A DNA stretch of 64,000 nt from Sminthopsis crassicaudata (GCF_048593235.1 NC_133621.1:15230525-15294524), one strand, 5' to 3'. Counted from the first letter of the stretch, positions 51,341 to 64,000 are shown. Translations and numbers: made by a program. Notes: generated by a model from the sequence alone, not told the origin.

Positions 51341-53274
51341 AGTCATATTCTAGCTCTATTCCTTAATTTATTACCTTCAGTAGAATGTAATTTCCTTGAG
51401 CACTGGGAGTGTCTCACTTTTAGATTTGGATCTCTAGTGCCTGGTACTTAAGAAATGTTTGCTAATTGAGTGATTTGTTCTTTTTTCACAAAAGGGAGGT
51501 GAATTTTATTGTCAAGAGGGCCCTGGCCTTGAAGCCAGAGAATGTGGATGTAAGCTGATCTTGTGCCCCCAGGGACAAGCCCCCATATCACCTCCTCAGA
51601 CTCATAATACATAAAATGGAAGTAATGATTCTTTTATTGTCAAACCATGAAGTTGCAAAGCACTATATGAATGAGTGCTTTCTATCATGGTAATTAAGCC
51701 AAAGACCTTTCTTGTACTTTTCTCCCATTCCCTGTGGAAGGTGGGTTCCTTGAGAGCAGGTCAGGAAAGGTGTCAGTGTTCATTGGTGCTATTGTTGAAA
51801 GGTTTCAGTCCAACACTACATGATCTTATCCACATTTTCTTGACAAAGGCACCGCTGTGGTTTGCTGTCTCTTCCTATAGATCTTATAACTGTGATTTGT
51901 ATGGACTATATAATGGTATAATTCCATGACTGACCATAGAGCCTCACACAGGGTGAGCCTTAATCTTGATTTACTGAACTGAACTGAGTTGGCGAAGTTA
52001 GAAAATAATAACTGTCCAATCTAGCATTAGAAGAAGAATGTGAAATCGTAGAAATGGCGGCCTGTGATATCTCTGTGTTTGGAGCCCCAGCCTTGGTACT
52101 GTTGGGAATAAAAACATGGCACAAGCCTTCAAAGACCCTGCGCTTCATGACTTCCCATCTAGCAGAGAGTGAAGGTCATTTTGTGAATCTAGCCAGGAAA
52201 TCAAGATGTCATGGGAGCTTAGATGTGACTGTGAACAAAGATGAAAGGAAGCAAGAGGAGACAAAGGAAGCAATAGTTTTGTCTCAGTCTCATCAAAGTA
52301 ATTTGGTTGATGTTTGGCCTAAAAGTTCAGGTCAATCAAACCTCATCTAATTATTTTATTTATTCATCCCATCTGCAAGTTGATTGATTCTGATCTTAGA
52401 GAAACAGAAAAAGGGGGGGTCACCTTATTTCTTTCTTTTAGCACCTCTGTTCAGTTGGATGCAACAAGGCTAATTAGGTACCTTCTATGTGCAAAATATT
52501 GTCAGGCCCACTTGACTTATGACTTTTGCTAATTTTCGGAGAACATTCAAAGGATTCAGAGGACTTCTGACTTTTGGTGAGAAAACCTTTCAATTCTGAT
52601 GGAATTTTAGAGGCTTCATTTTTCACTTTTATCTATGGGAAATGTAGAATTTCAGAGTTTTTATGAATTCTGTATTAATGCTTAATTTCTTTTATCACTG
52701 TACTATTACTGAGTAACCACAAGTACTACATGGAACAATAACAGAAGGTCCATTAACCATCCGAGATAGGGATGCAAGTAGATCGTGGAAGTAATATACA
52801 TGAAAAATCGGTTGTCAGGCAATGTCAGATTCAATGAGCAGGAATTTACAGTGGCGTACAATAGCCAACAATGGCCTTCATTGTTGATTGGCCCCTGATT
52901 ACTCGGTTTGTTCTGCAGGCAAAATGGTAGGAATGGAGAGTGACATAATAAGTACACAATCTATCATCTCTTTAATTTTTATTCAGAGGGAGGGCAATTG
53001 GCAGGAAGAAAATAGGGAATGAAGAATCTTTCTGGTTGTGGAGCATCAGACTGCTTTTAAACATTAAAAGTCTGTGAATGCTTTGAGGAGGAGGATAGAG
53101 GAAGGATTTGGTCCCATACTGTGGCATTAGAAGTCTCACTCCTGATTCTAACCCATAACTGCAATCAGGGTGGATTCCATCCATCCCCTTCCCCTCCTCC
53201 TCCCAGTAAATCTCATTGTTAGCAGTTGCTTCCCTTTGGTTAGATGAGAATGGCGGGGATTGTGAAATTGTAAA

Positions 53275-53528
53275 GGGGCAATTGGGTGGCTAGGTGGCAC
53301 AGTAGATAGAGTGCCAGGCCTTGAGTCAAGAAAACCTGAGTTCAAATATGGCCTCAGTCATTTATTATGTGATCCTGGATGAGTCATTTAACCTGAACGA
53401 GTTAATGAACTACAGTTCATTATAAAATGAATTATAGAAGGAAATGGCAAACCATTCCAGTATCTTTGTCAAGAAAACCCCAAGTGGGATCATGAAGAAT
53501 TAAATGTGATGAAAAATGAACAACAAAA
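53275..53528 (+). mobile_element. MAR1-type marsupial CORE-SINE with RTE/BovB-like tail
   Basis: tRNA-like head GGCTAGGTGGCACAGTAGATAGAG...CCTGAGTTCAAAT, core, and tail GAAGGAAATGGCAAACCATTCCAGTATCTTTG...GAACAACAAAA. Confidence 0.8.
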
Positions 53529-54709
53529 GAATAAAAACAAGATGAAGATGTATCTTTAAAGTTATAGGACTGTAAGTTTTTTCTTAAACTAGGTATTAGA
53601 AGGACTTCTAAGGGACAAAATTCATAAATAAATATGGTAGCTCCTGTGGACCATTGAAGAATGGCAATACCTAACATTTAGGCTCCCACAACCATATAAC
53701 AAGCGCCCTTTGTTGATTGATTGGTGGAAGATGTAGGTACATTGTGAGATGCTAATATTTCTGTTATGTAAAGCTATGTAAACTAGGGCAGTTCCTAACA
53801 GTTAAATAAGTCCTAAAATGAAATGGCGCCAGGAGACAATGGATTAAATGAATAACTCGACTGATCCAAAAATATAATACCTGTTGAACTCCCTTTCAAT
53901 TATCCCTAATAGTAATTAGTGGGAACTTTGCCACATGGTCTATGAAATATTTTCCCTTGCAGATGAAGTATTAAGGGACCAGTAATTTAGGCAAATAAAT
54001 GATGATTGTCTTATCAAACCCATTAAATTAATAAGGAATGTAATGATAATAAATTCTTTGATAAAAGAAAATGGCCTAATGTGTCTGCAGGGAGGCAGCC
54101 AAAATATCTTGTGCAAATATTTAGATACTTTCTCTTAAGGTCAAGCCGTTCGTTCCATTTTGCTGGCTGTTCATGATAGGTTCATAGTCCCATTTTTTTC
54201 TTTTACTATGGTCATAAGTAATGGTGTCGATTCCATACTTTTGTCATACCTAATTGCCACTTTATTGTTCCTGATGGGCAATTGGAGTAAGACTTTTAAA
54301 AAGCTGAATGTGAAATGACTAATAAGGATAAAAAGAAGGAATTCAGCAGTAGCAAAGCCCATCACAGCCTGATGCGATTTCCTGTGGTAGTATTTTAGAG
54401 TAATTAACAACAGGCCTCAGCGGGGCTCAGCTCTGGTAAGTGGGCTGCTACCCCATCCTGGAGCACAAGGGAAGTCATGCTGGCTCTTGACGCTAATGCC
54501 CTTCCCATGGCGTGTCAGAAAGCCACTCCAACGAACATTTGACATTCCCACATTAGGCTGCCATGAAGATGAATCTGGAGTAAATGAAAAAATTTGCCTG
54601 GAAAAAAAAAAAAGTTGGACTATCCACAGAACAATAATTAGGGATTTTATTGTGTTCAATTGGGACTCTTGGTTTGGAGTTCCATGTGCAAATATGGATA
54701 GTTTCATTT

Positions 54710-54940
54710 ACTGATTCAGGCACTCATTCATTTATTCATTAATTCACTCATATTCATTCAATGATTTAGTCATTCATTCACAATTATTCACTTATTTGTT
54801 TGTGGGCTCACTTACTCATTGATTCCCTTATTCATTCACTCATGCATTTATTTTCAATCTTTCATTCATTTATTGATTCATTTACTTACTTGAATAATTC
54901 ATTACTTATTGTGCACCAACTATGTGCAAGCACTATGTGA
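54710..54940 (-). mobile_element. L2 3' end with a long degenerate (TTCA)n tail
   Basis: About 200 bp of CATT-type repeats abutting TTATTGTGCACCAACTATGTGCAAGCACT. Confidence 0.6.
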
Positions 54941-55799
54941 GATGATTTGGGGAATACATTTTGTGAATATGATTTAAAAGATCAGACTTTTTGTCTTTGT
55001 CCAAGACTCATTGTGTACATGGAATCTTTGGTCTGAAACCTTCCACTCTGTTCTTCTGAGTACAATGGTCCAAAAGGTGATATTAGATCCCTTCTGCCCT
55101 GGTCTAGAGGATGGAAATCAAAGCCAAACTCTCCTCTATGTCAAAGTGGAAATGAAAAGAAAATTTGACTAATGCTTGCTTTGCCACAAGATTGTGGGTA
55201 AGAAGTAACACATTTCTTAAATCTTTTAAATTCTTTTTGGAGAATAAGACAAAATCTCTCTATTTTTTTAAGACTTGGGGGTTCAAAAAGATTTATGAAA
55301 TAAATATCCCAGAGCTGTGAGGTTCTGAGTTAAATTTATTCTAAACGACCCAAGTAGCATTGCATTTCAAAGTGTTTTGGTAAATTCCCATCTGGGCTTT
55401 GTCTAGAGCACAACATTTGGCTGGCTTGTTTTAGGGATTCAATAAAACCAAGGTGGTGCTCATTTCGTTTATTCATTCAACAAATATTTATGTCCCTACT
55501 ATGTTCAAGGTATTTATTCCCCCAAGCAAGAAAACATTTCAGTAAGAAGCAGTATATTCAAGTCCAGTCAGAAGGAAAATTCTTCACCGTTAAAGCTGTC
55601 CCAGAGTTAAATGGACTGCTCTGGGAAGTGCTGACTTCTCCATCACTAGAGGTCTTCAAGTTGGATGTTTGTTGAAAATGAGGTATAGAATTAGGTATAG
55701 ATAAAGTAAGGGTTTTCTACTGTAGCCATGAGCTTGCCTTATTCCCTGGATTCTCAGTTACTTTGGTTGGGGAGACTTGGCACACAGTGACTCTTTTTG

Positions 55800-55880
55800 C
55801 CTTTCTTTGCATCCCCAGCACTTAGCAAAATGCCTGTACATAGTAAGCACTTAATAAGTGTGCGTTAACTGACTGACTCT
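55800..55880 (+). mobile_element. L2 3' end fragment
   Basis: CCCAGCACTTAGCAAAATGCCTGTACATAGTAAGCACTTAATAAGTG...GACTGACT. Confidence 0.75.
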
Positions 55881-57214
55881 TAGGCCATCATCTTCCTTTC
55901 CCCACCTTAGAAGAAGGTAGGTTCTAGAATAAAGGCAACAATAACTGATATGGATCTAGTACTTGATTACATAAATTAACTCATTTGATCCTTGCACAAA
56001 CTCTGTGGGGAAAAAAAAGCCCATTTTACAGATGAAGGAAGGTCAAGCATCTCAGAGCCTTCCTGATTCCAAGGCCATAATGCTGCAAAGACAAGAATAA
56101 TGGTCTGTGCATATGGCATCCCATCTAATTCAAGGAGTGGGGCTCCCCAAGGCCAGGACAATGTGGATGTGTCACTGAAGAGATGCAGTTCTTCTAATTA
56201 AATATTGATGTACAACAGCTTTCTTTGACTCACCAAATTACCCCTTCAGAACACACCAGGCTACCTGGCCGAGGCAGGAAGCTTTCCCAGCAGTCGAGGC
56301 TGGGAAGTGAAGAATGATCCCTATTTAAAGTTCTTGGAGATGGGGAAGAAGGCCTGAGCAAAATTATTTGAGTTGGAATTTGGCCATGCTGGAGGCAAAA
56401 TTCATGAGAATTATGAAGTCGATGAGAAATGTGCTACTGAGTATGGAGTGTACGGAGTTATCAAGGTGAAATATGAACTGCTCGCAGCCCCAGCTTGCCT
56501 GCCGAAGAACTGCCGAGACCACATATTGAATCGGTTAAGTGCTAAGGGGGAGAACAGGACTCTGGGAAAGGCCCTTTACTCACGGCAGAGAGGCTGGTCC
56601 TTAAATCGGTCTGGCCTTCCTAATGTGACTCTTTTGATCTTAAATCTAGAAGGGAAGAAGTTGGGTTAGCAGACCATAGCTGAAAATGCTGTTCAATATA
56701 CTCATTTACTAAGGAAAAAAAGTAATCGGTCCTGGGCCTAGGGAGGAGGCTGTTCTGTAGCTTTGAAGGACAAAAGACAAGGGGTCATCTTCTGCCTTTT
56801 TCTGCAGTCCTTCATCACCCCAGCAGTTGTCAGCTCAAGCTTCAGAAAAAAACAAAAAACAAAGTGGGGATTCTACAGGAAAAACCAATTAGAAAGAGCT
56901 CAAAAATGTCCTACTCATCATGCAGTTTCAATTGTCCTTTAAGTACCTTACAAATCTAGGGAAATGATTAGCAAGGACTTACAATATGCTAAGCACTGCG
57001 CTAGTCATGGAAGGGACATGCTTTACACAGAGCAAAATCTGAAATATAGATTCAGAAGGGGGTGGGGATGAGAAAGGGAGAGAAGGGAAGGAGGGGGTGA
57101 TGGAGGTGAAGAGAAGAGGAGGAGAAGAAGAAAGAAGGAGAAGAGGAAGAGGAGGAGGAGGAGGGAAAGGGGGGAGAGAGAAGAATTAACATTTATATAA
57201 CCCTTTAAAGTTTA

Positions 57215-57375
57215 CAAAATTTGTATGCTAACTTATTTGATCCTTACAATAGCACTTTGAGGTAGATTTCATTATATTCTATTTTTCAGATGAGGAAACT
57301 GAGGCTAAGAGAAGTGCCAAGGCAACATAGTAAAGAAATATATATGAGGCATTATTTGAACTCAGGTCTTCCTTA
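57215..57375 (-). mobile_element. MIR/MAR-type CORE-SINE
   Basis: TTTTTCAGATGAGGAAACTGAGGC...ATTTGAACTCAGGTCTTCCT. Confidence 0.75.
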
Positions 57376-57765
57376 CACCAAGTCTCACACTCTACTATAT
57401 GAATGCTCTTCTTTTTTTCCATTTTAAAATCTGGAACCAGGGCCCCCAGGCCTGAATCTTGTGATCTTTGACAAATCATTCATTCCTTTTTTCATGGACA
57501 TTAGTTTCCCCAAATGTAAAATAAGAGGATTGGGCTAGACAATCTCTGAGGTCCCTAAATTTTAAACCAATATATTTTAGAGAGGAGTCATTTTCCCTTT
57601 GTCCAAAAACTTTTTTTAAAAAAATAAATTTTATTGCTATCTTTTGTTTTTATATCATCTAAGTTTCCTTTCCCCTTCCATGTACAAACAATATATAATA
57701 AATATATAAACAAACAAGATTTTAAGGAAAAAGAAAAAAAACCCCACCAAACTAATCAATAAATT

Positions 57766-57906
57766 CCCCCCCCCCCCAGGCTGGAGTTAAGTGACTTGCC
57801 CAGGGTCACACAGCTAGGCAGTGTTAAGTGTCTGAGACCAGATTTGAACTCGGGTCCTCCTGAATTCAAGGCTGGGGCTCTATCCACTGAGCCACCTAGC
57901 TGCTCC
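57766..57906 (-). mobile_element. WSINE1-type marsupial SINE, full length, with 15-bp TSD
   Basis: Minus reads GGAGCAGCTAGGTGGCTCAGTGGATAGAG...GGACCCGAGTTCAAATCTGGTCTCAGACACTTAACAC...GGGCAAGTCACTTAACTCCAGCCT(G)12. TSD ACTAATCAATAAATT at 57751-57765 and 57907-57921. Confidence 0.88.
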
Positions 57907-58109
57907 ACTAATCAATAAATTGAGGAAAATTTGACAATCTAGACAACGGTTTACACCTGTAGATCCCACCCCAAGCTTTGCAAAAGAATGCTTTGTGCAA
58001 AGCCTAAAGAGAAATTGAGGTAGAGAAGAGAGTGAAATTTCCATGCTATCACCCCTGAAGATTTCCAGACACCTCACTTCATAATGGATTTGGAGATATG
58101 TTACTTGTA

Positions 58110-58230
58110 TAAGTTAGTTCCACCATTTTGCAAAGGGAAAATCGAGACATAAAGATATGAGATGATTTGTCCAAGATCATGAAGCTAAGAACTTCTGGAG
58201 TTAGGATTTGAACCTAGAACTCTCTCTACT
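58110..58230 (-). mobile_element. MIR-family fragment
   Basis: CCATTTTGCAAAGGGAAAATCGAGAC...GATTTGTCCAAGATCA...AGGATTTGAACCTAG. Confidence 0.65.
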
Positions 58231-60034
58231 CCAAATGAAGGATTTTCCTTATCATAATGAGTGAAGTAGAAAGAAGAAGGGAGCTGTTGTGGCTGGCCAG
58301 CATCCCTTTTCCTTAAGGCTGTGAGCAAACAATGGAAAGGTGATATTGGTGGAGATGAGCAGGGCAGCAGAATTATGTTTGGAGACTAGCTTATAGATGG
58401 ATTTGACTGTTTTGGGACCTCCATGATGAAAAGTGTGCTGCAAACAGGAGGGAAAGGACTATATCCTTCCTTGCTTTTGTTTTTCCCTATGACACTCAAC
58501 ATACTGCTTTTCTTTGTAAGCATCATAAGCTTTGTAAGCAGATCACACTGTGGTGAAGTGGGAAGAGCGCGAATTTAGAGGCAAAGTAAGGTTTGAATTC
58601 TGGCTCTTGCCATTTGTCAACTATAAACACTTAAATAAATTATTTGATCTTTGATCAAATTTCCTTATTTGTACAATCAATTAAAATCATGATACTTTCA
58701 CTTCCTGCATTTTGTGAGCGTGATTATATAGGTTATTTATGTATATCAATAGATAGATATCTATATATAGATATAGATATCTACATGGAGCATCATACTT
58801 TCCATACAATAGACTCCACTCTAGATCCTCAGGTCAAAAGTATTTTGTAGGTCCATATCCACCCCGAACCACAGCTTATTAGCCTTCATTGATGGGTGAA
58901 CTGGTTGTCACAAATAATTACAACAAAGGCATTCAATAAAAGAACAAGTAAGAAAGTAGCAAAAGAATCTCCTCTCCCCTTCGCCCACCCCTATAGATTT
59001 GGGTTAATCTTCCATAAAAACACATTCTCCTTGGGAATAGGGATCACAAGTGATGGGCTTAGATATCAGGAATATGTAGGACCATATATGGTGCATACAT
59101 GAAAAAGACAGTCATGCTTCTGATATTGTAGAATATAAGCTTCTCAAAAACAGGGATCAACTTCAAGATCCTCTCTGACTTAGTATACATGCAAACTTGA
59201 ATAAGAGAAAAGTTATGCAAAGACTTTCTTTTTCTAGCTTGTTTTTTTATTTTTGCATTTAAGTTGTAAATAAATGAAATTTATTATAATATAATATAAT
59301 AAATAAGTAAATTAAGTTGTAAATAAATAAATACATAAAAAAGAAAAAAAAAGTTTTGCAAAGAAACAATCATGATTCTCTCCAGTCTAGCTGGACTTTC
59401 TGCATTTTTGCCATAATTATGCCTTATATCAACAACAAAAACCCGATGCTTTCATGCTACATCTTGACTGGGGAGAAATCTCCCTACCTCTCTACATAGA
59501 AATTTGAGTCATGATTATCTCGTTGTTTTTCTTAGAATCATTGTGACAGAGGCTAATACATTATTTTTGACCAGAGACCTAAAGAAGGGCTTATATTAAG
59601 GTCTAGAACCTTTTACAAATGGAATCAGGGCCTAGCAATAACAGAAATTTGGAGTTAGAAGGCGGTTCAGAAGTCATCTAACCCCCTCATTTTATTGAAG
59701 AAAGAACTGAGTCTAGTTTAGTTACATTAGATGACTTTTGTAAGATCACACAGCCCGTAAGAAGCAGAATTTACATCCAGATGCTCTGAGTCCCAAATCT
59801 CTAATCTTTGTCTCTGTACCAGACTCTTCCACCAAGGCCGGCTCCTCCATTTAGTGGTTGTTACATCACTGTCCACAGCTTTCCTGTTTCATGCCAATTT
59901 TTGTAATCCGTGCTGTGAATGTATAAGTGGTTTTTCTCTGCAAAGCAGAAACAATAAAAGTATCCGCAATATTATTATTGCATCTGGGAATACCTTCCAA
60001 CAGAGTTAACAACTGATTAATGAAAAGATGCAAA

Positions 60035-60160
60035 TGAAGGGAGCCTAGCTGTACCAGACCTAAAACTATATAATAAAACACCAGTCATCAGAACCATTGG
60101 TACTGGCTAAAAAATTGAGTGGTAATCAGTGGAATAGATTAGGCTCACAAGACACAGAGA
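60035..60160 (+). mobile_element. Degenerate L1 ORF2 fragment
   Basis: CTAGCTGTACCAGACCTAAAACTATAT...GGTACTGGCTAA...CAGTGGAATAGATTAGG encodes LAVPDLKLY..WYWL..QWNRLG-like ORF2 motifs, with disruptions. Confidence 0.7.
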
Positions 60161-61739
60161 TAACAACAGAGCTAAAAATCAGTAGATGAGGCTCAGACAG
60201 TTGCCCCAGTCTCAAAGATGCTGAAGGATAGTTTGTGACTTGTCCGGAATCATGCAGCTTTTAAGAGTCACAAGTGAGAACTGATCCCGGAGCTTCCTGA
60301 CTGCACTTCTAGAACTCTAACATACTATATTGTTTACAATTATTCGTTTTATAAACACGTCGAACAAGTGGACATGGTTGTGGCTGCCTGGGATTTACCA
60401 ATTTCACTGGAATCCTATGTACGCCGGCGTCGATGGAAACTGGTGTCTGTGTCATGCGTTGGCATTCGAGGGCTGCCTCTTTGCTGCTGGTGATTTATTG
60501 TTTTGTTCTGCATATTTTTGCAAAATCCAAAAGCAGTTTGAACTTTGCAAAACAAGCCGGGACAATTTAACTTTTGTGTGTGTGTTTTAAACCTTAAGGA
60601 ATGGGGAGATGTCTTTCATTTGTATTCTTTATTATCCATTTTACTTACAAAATGTGGAGGCATGTAAATTACCTGTCAGGTTTATTACCACAAGCTCCAG
60701 CTACCCTTACTTAAGATAAAAGTCGTTTCTGGTGTAATCTCTCACTTTCTTCCAAGAGAATTCAACGTGTGGGGGCCCATCTCCGGCCCAGACGGATTCT
60801 ACGTGGACTTCCAACCCTTTAACCTACATTACAGCTGGACTTGAAGGCAGGAAATGACATATCTCAGTGGCGATCAGTTGTGCTCCCTGGAAAGTCTATT
60901 TTAAAGCACTTTCCATTTTAAATATGGCAATAAAATATCAGACCAGCACAGTCTGATAAGGATAAAAGCAATAGATTCAAATCCAATCTAAATTTGACAT
61001 TGCCTAGAACAAGAATTCACATTGGGAAGTTAGGACTCATTTATGGGGCCATAAATGGGTGGGCCAGCTATAATTTGGGTATTAAACTTGTAAAATATAT
61101 TGATGGCATGTAAGAACTAAATAAATAATTTACTACAAGAAAATTGGAAATCTTTACACGGTCCTTAATTGACCAGTCGGTCTCCCAGATTCTTGACAGC
61201 TCCCTATTATGCATTCACTTATTTTCATGAGCTGGATTTTTCCCCCTACTTGAGTTTAATTTTCCCCTGCAGTGAATGATCACAGGTTAGTGCATTGCTA
61301 AAAACACAGACGGTTTCCATTTCAAGTTCTGCCCATCTGTTATATGCCTGTTGACAATTTTTTAATATTATTAAGAGAATAATTATTGGACTAATCAGGG
61401 ATCTGGTGCTTTTCTTCTTTTTCCTCCAAAGCTATCTTGGGAGATGTTACCCTGATGACTGAAAAAGAGAGTGGGAGGCTGAAGATAAATGAAGTGCTTT
61501 ATAAAAGACAGACCACAGCAAAACAAATAAAATAAATAATTTTTTTCCTGTCATGTTTCTGTACTTGAGCACTTCTTGAGCACCTATTGTGTACAAGGGA
61601 GGGTGCCAGATGCTAAAAACATAAAGCAAGAAATTAAGTGGTCCAGCTTCAAGGGCCAGGCAGGAGAAGATTCATTAGAAGATGGAGCAGAACCTGGAGA
61701 AGCTAAATACAACTTCCTAAGAGAAAGAAATGGATAAGT

Positions 61740-61744
<5 letters not shown>

Positions 61745-61785
<41 letters not shown>
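61745..61785. repeat. (TG)n microsatellite
   Basis: Direct run. Confidence 0.95.
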
Positions 61786-61788
<3 letters not shown>

Positions 61789-61949
61789 CTAAGATGAAAA
61801 ACAGTGAAGAAAATCTACTAATTGAATTACTATTTATGGTAATTGATCTAGAACTTTTATGGATCAACTGGATATCTTTTAAATACCTAAACAGAGAATT
61901 TGTTTGTAAGCAATAATCATTGTTAATGATTGGATGGTAGCAGAAGTGT

Positions 61950-62335
61950 TGACAGGATGCAACTTTGGACTATATGCAATAAGATGTGTTTTAATGACGA
62001 TAAATGTAAAACTTCACAGTTGGGTTCAAAAATGAAACTTAACAAAAACAAGATGGAAAGGGTTTAAATATTCAGCAGGTTTTGGGGAAGAGATTTCATG
62101 ATTTTCATGGACTGCAAACTTAGTATAAATCAATTGAATGATGAAGAAGCCAAAAAAAATCGAATTTATTATCTTCAAAAAAGCAGAGTCCAGGACCAGG
62201 AATGAGTCTCCAGTTGTCCCCTACCCTAGTATCACATACAAGGCAGGCTGTGTCTTGCTTCTGGAGGGCTGGGTTCAGTTCAGAGAAGCACATTTTAGGG
62301 AGGATGTGGATAATTAGGAGAATGCTCAAAAGATA
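61950..62335 (+). mobile_element. L3/CR1 LINE fragment
   Basis: GGTTCAGTTCAGAGAAGCACATTTTAGGGAGGATGTGGATAATTAGGAGAATGCTCAAAG resembles the CR1 RT 3' region. Confidence 0.65.
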
Positions 62336-62609
62336 AGTTTTCTTGTATCATTAAACCCTCTTTTCATTTCTTATCTTTCTTCATGTCCTTCCATTCTCAT
62401 CATATGCCTCTTTCCCTCCCCACCCCAATATGATCCTAGGATATAACATATATGAAGTGCTTTGTAAATGGTAAAGTGCTATATAAATGGCAGCTCTAAT
62501 TATTACTGTTACGAGAATCCCCCAAGTATATCCTGGCTGAAGGTGAATATGGCGGGATCCAGGTACCAGTCTTTATAGATGATGAATATGGAATATGGCG
62601 GATCCAAAG

Positions 62610-62613
<4 letters not shown>

Positions 62614-62676
<63 letters not shown>
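62614..62676. repeat. (CT)n microsatellite
   Basis: Direct run. Confidence 0.95.
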
Positions 62677-62678
<2 letters not shown>

Positions 62679-63199
62679 CCTTTCTTGTCACCCAACTCTG
62701 CAGCAAAAAAGCATTTCCTTTAATTCTTCTTTTTATTGATACTATTTATATTTTATACCCTCATTCATTTCTGAATGTAACCCCTCCCCATACAGCTCTG
62801 TTACAAAATAACCAAGATTAACACCAGAAAAGGAAGGGGGCAGCAATTCAGCAAGACCCACCAATTGATTAAATGTATTGGATAGTGTATGTGACACTCC
62901 ACACCCATAGTCCCCAACTTCCACAAAGAAAGGAGAGAAGTCATTTTTTAGCTCATTTCTGGGGCTATTTCTTTATATTCAGTTTGGTTTTCCTCCTTTC
63001 CATTGACATTGGTGTTTTCATTCTGTATATGGTGAGTCTGATTCTGCTTACTTCTCTTGGCAGGTTACAACCAGGATGTCTAAATGACCATCGTTCTAGG
63101 GAAAGCTGAAGCCCCGCAATCTCACCTCCTGGGTCAACCAGAGGGAAAGTCAATGGAAAAGGCAAATCATGGCTCTGCTCCCTGATGTCATATAGGGGA

Positions 63200-63480
63200 T
63201 GGAACACTGGACTCAGAATTAGGAAGACCTTGATTCCAACCCTGAGATAACCCTGAGCATATCACTTACACTCTGTGCCTCAGTTTCCTTATTTATAAAA
63301 TGAAGGTGTTGGATTCAATGTCCTATAAGATCCCTTCTAGCTTTATAGCTATGATCCTATGACCATGAAGTAAATTTCTTCTCTATGGGTCTCAGTTTCT
63401 TTATCTGTAAAATGGGGGAAGGACATGGACTCGATGACTTTCAAGGTCTTACTAGCTCATAATTCTGATTCTGTGCCTGA
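63200..63480 (+). mobile_element. MIR3/MIR-type fragments (two cores)
   Basis: CTCTGTGCCTCAGTTTCCTTATTTATAAAATGAAGG and CTCTATGGGTCTCAGTTTCTTTATCTGTAAAATGGGG. Confidence 0.7.
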
Positions 63481-63589
63481 AGATTGAGCTCAGATGTCTG
63501 GAAAGGTCTGCAGATGTTCTGAAGATGGGATAGTTAAGAGGATGGGAAGCAGGAAAAGAAATAAGCATTTATACGGTGCCTCTTATTTG

Positions 63590-63810
63590 CCAAACCCTTT
63601 GCAACTATTGTCTCATTTGCTCCTCATAACAACTCTGAAAGGTAGTTGTTATTGCTATCACCCTTTTACAGAGGAGGAAACTGAGCAAACAGAGGTTAGG
63701 TAACTTGTGCAATAAGTAATCCTGTGCAGGATTACACACCTAGTGAGTGTCTGGGGTTGGTTTTGAACTCTGGTTTTCCTGACCCTACATCTGACACTCT
63801 ATCCATTGAG
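63590..63810 (-). mobile_element. Marsupial CORE-SINE (MAR/MIR type)
   Basis: CCTCATAACAACTCTG...TTTTACAGAGGAGGAAACTGAGC...TTTTGAACTCTGGTTTTCCTGAC...CTCTATCCATTG. Confidence 0.7.
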
Positions 63811-64000
63811 TTGTGATGTTCCTTCCTTCACACTGCCTCCAGTCACTGTCTTTACTAAAATTATTCAATTATTCTATTAATATCATTTTGCATCTATCTT
63901 TCCTCAAAGACTTCATTTAACCAAAATAATAATAAGAGTGGATTTCTTTTTTTCCCTAATGAATTCGTGGCGTTCCTTGGAATGTAAACACCTCCTGCCA

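Noticed and set aside
53275-53350. tRNA gene (A/B boxes; likewise at 57830-57906)
   Set aside because: tRNA-derived SINE heads followed by CORE sequence, with no cloverleaf.

Overview
Central part of a mammalian HOXA cluster, with all genes on the minus strand. In order: HOXA5 exon 1, HOXA6, HOXA7 and HOXA9. The 5' ends of HOXA6 and HOXA9 fall in N-gaps. CORE-SINEs of the WSINE1/MAR1 type indicate a marsupial, probably a dasyuromorph (inference). Three anomalies cluster at the posterior end. (1) HOXA9 exon 1 has a +1 G in a homopolymer, giving an immediate stop. (2) After the 777-N gap at 27067-27843 there is no miR-196b, HOXA10, HOXA11, HOXA13 or EVX1. Instead there is non-coding, CpG-island-containing DNA, then TE-rich gene-desert-like DNA from about 47.2 kb. 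(3) A 9.27-kb head-to-tail duplication (28636-37907 / 37908-47185) has a gap-free junction with 2-bp microhomology. All three could be assembly or sequencing artefacts and need read-level checks. Smaller observations: a TSD-flanked 5'-truncated retroelement inside the cluster, a 25-codon uORF whose stop overlaps the HOXA7 ATG, a strong CTCF site between HOXA7 and HOXA9, miR-196 target arrays, and several candidate enhancer motifs. No bacterial-type systems, tRNA or rRNA genes were seen.
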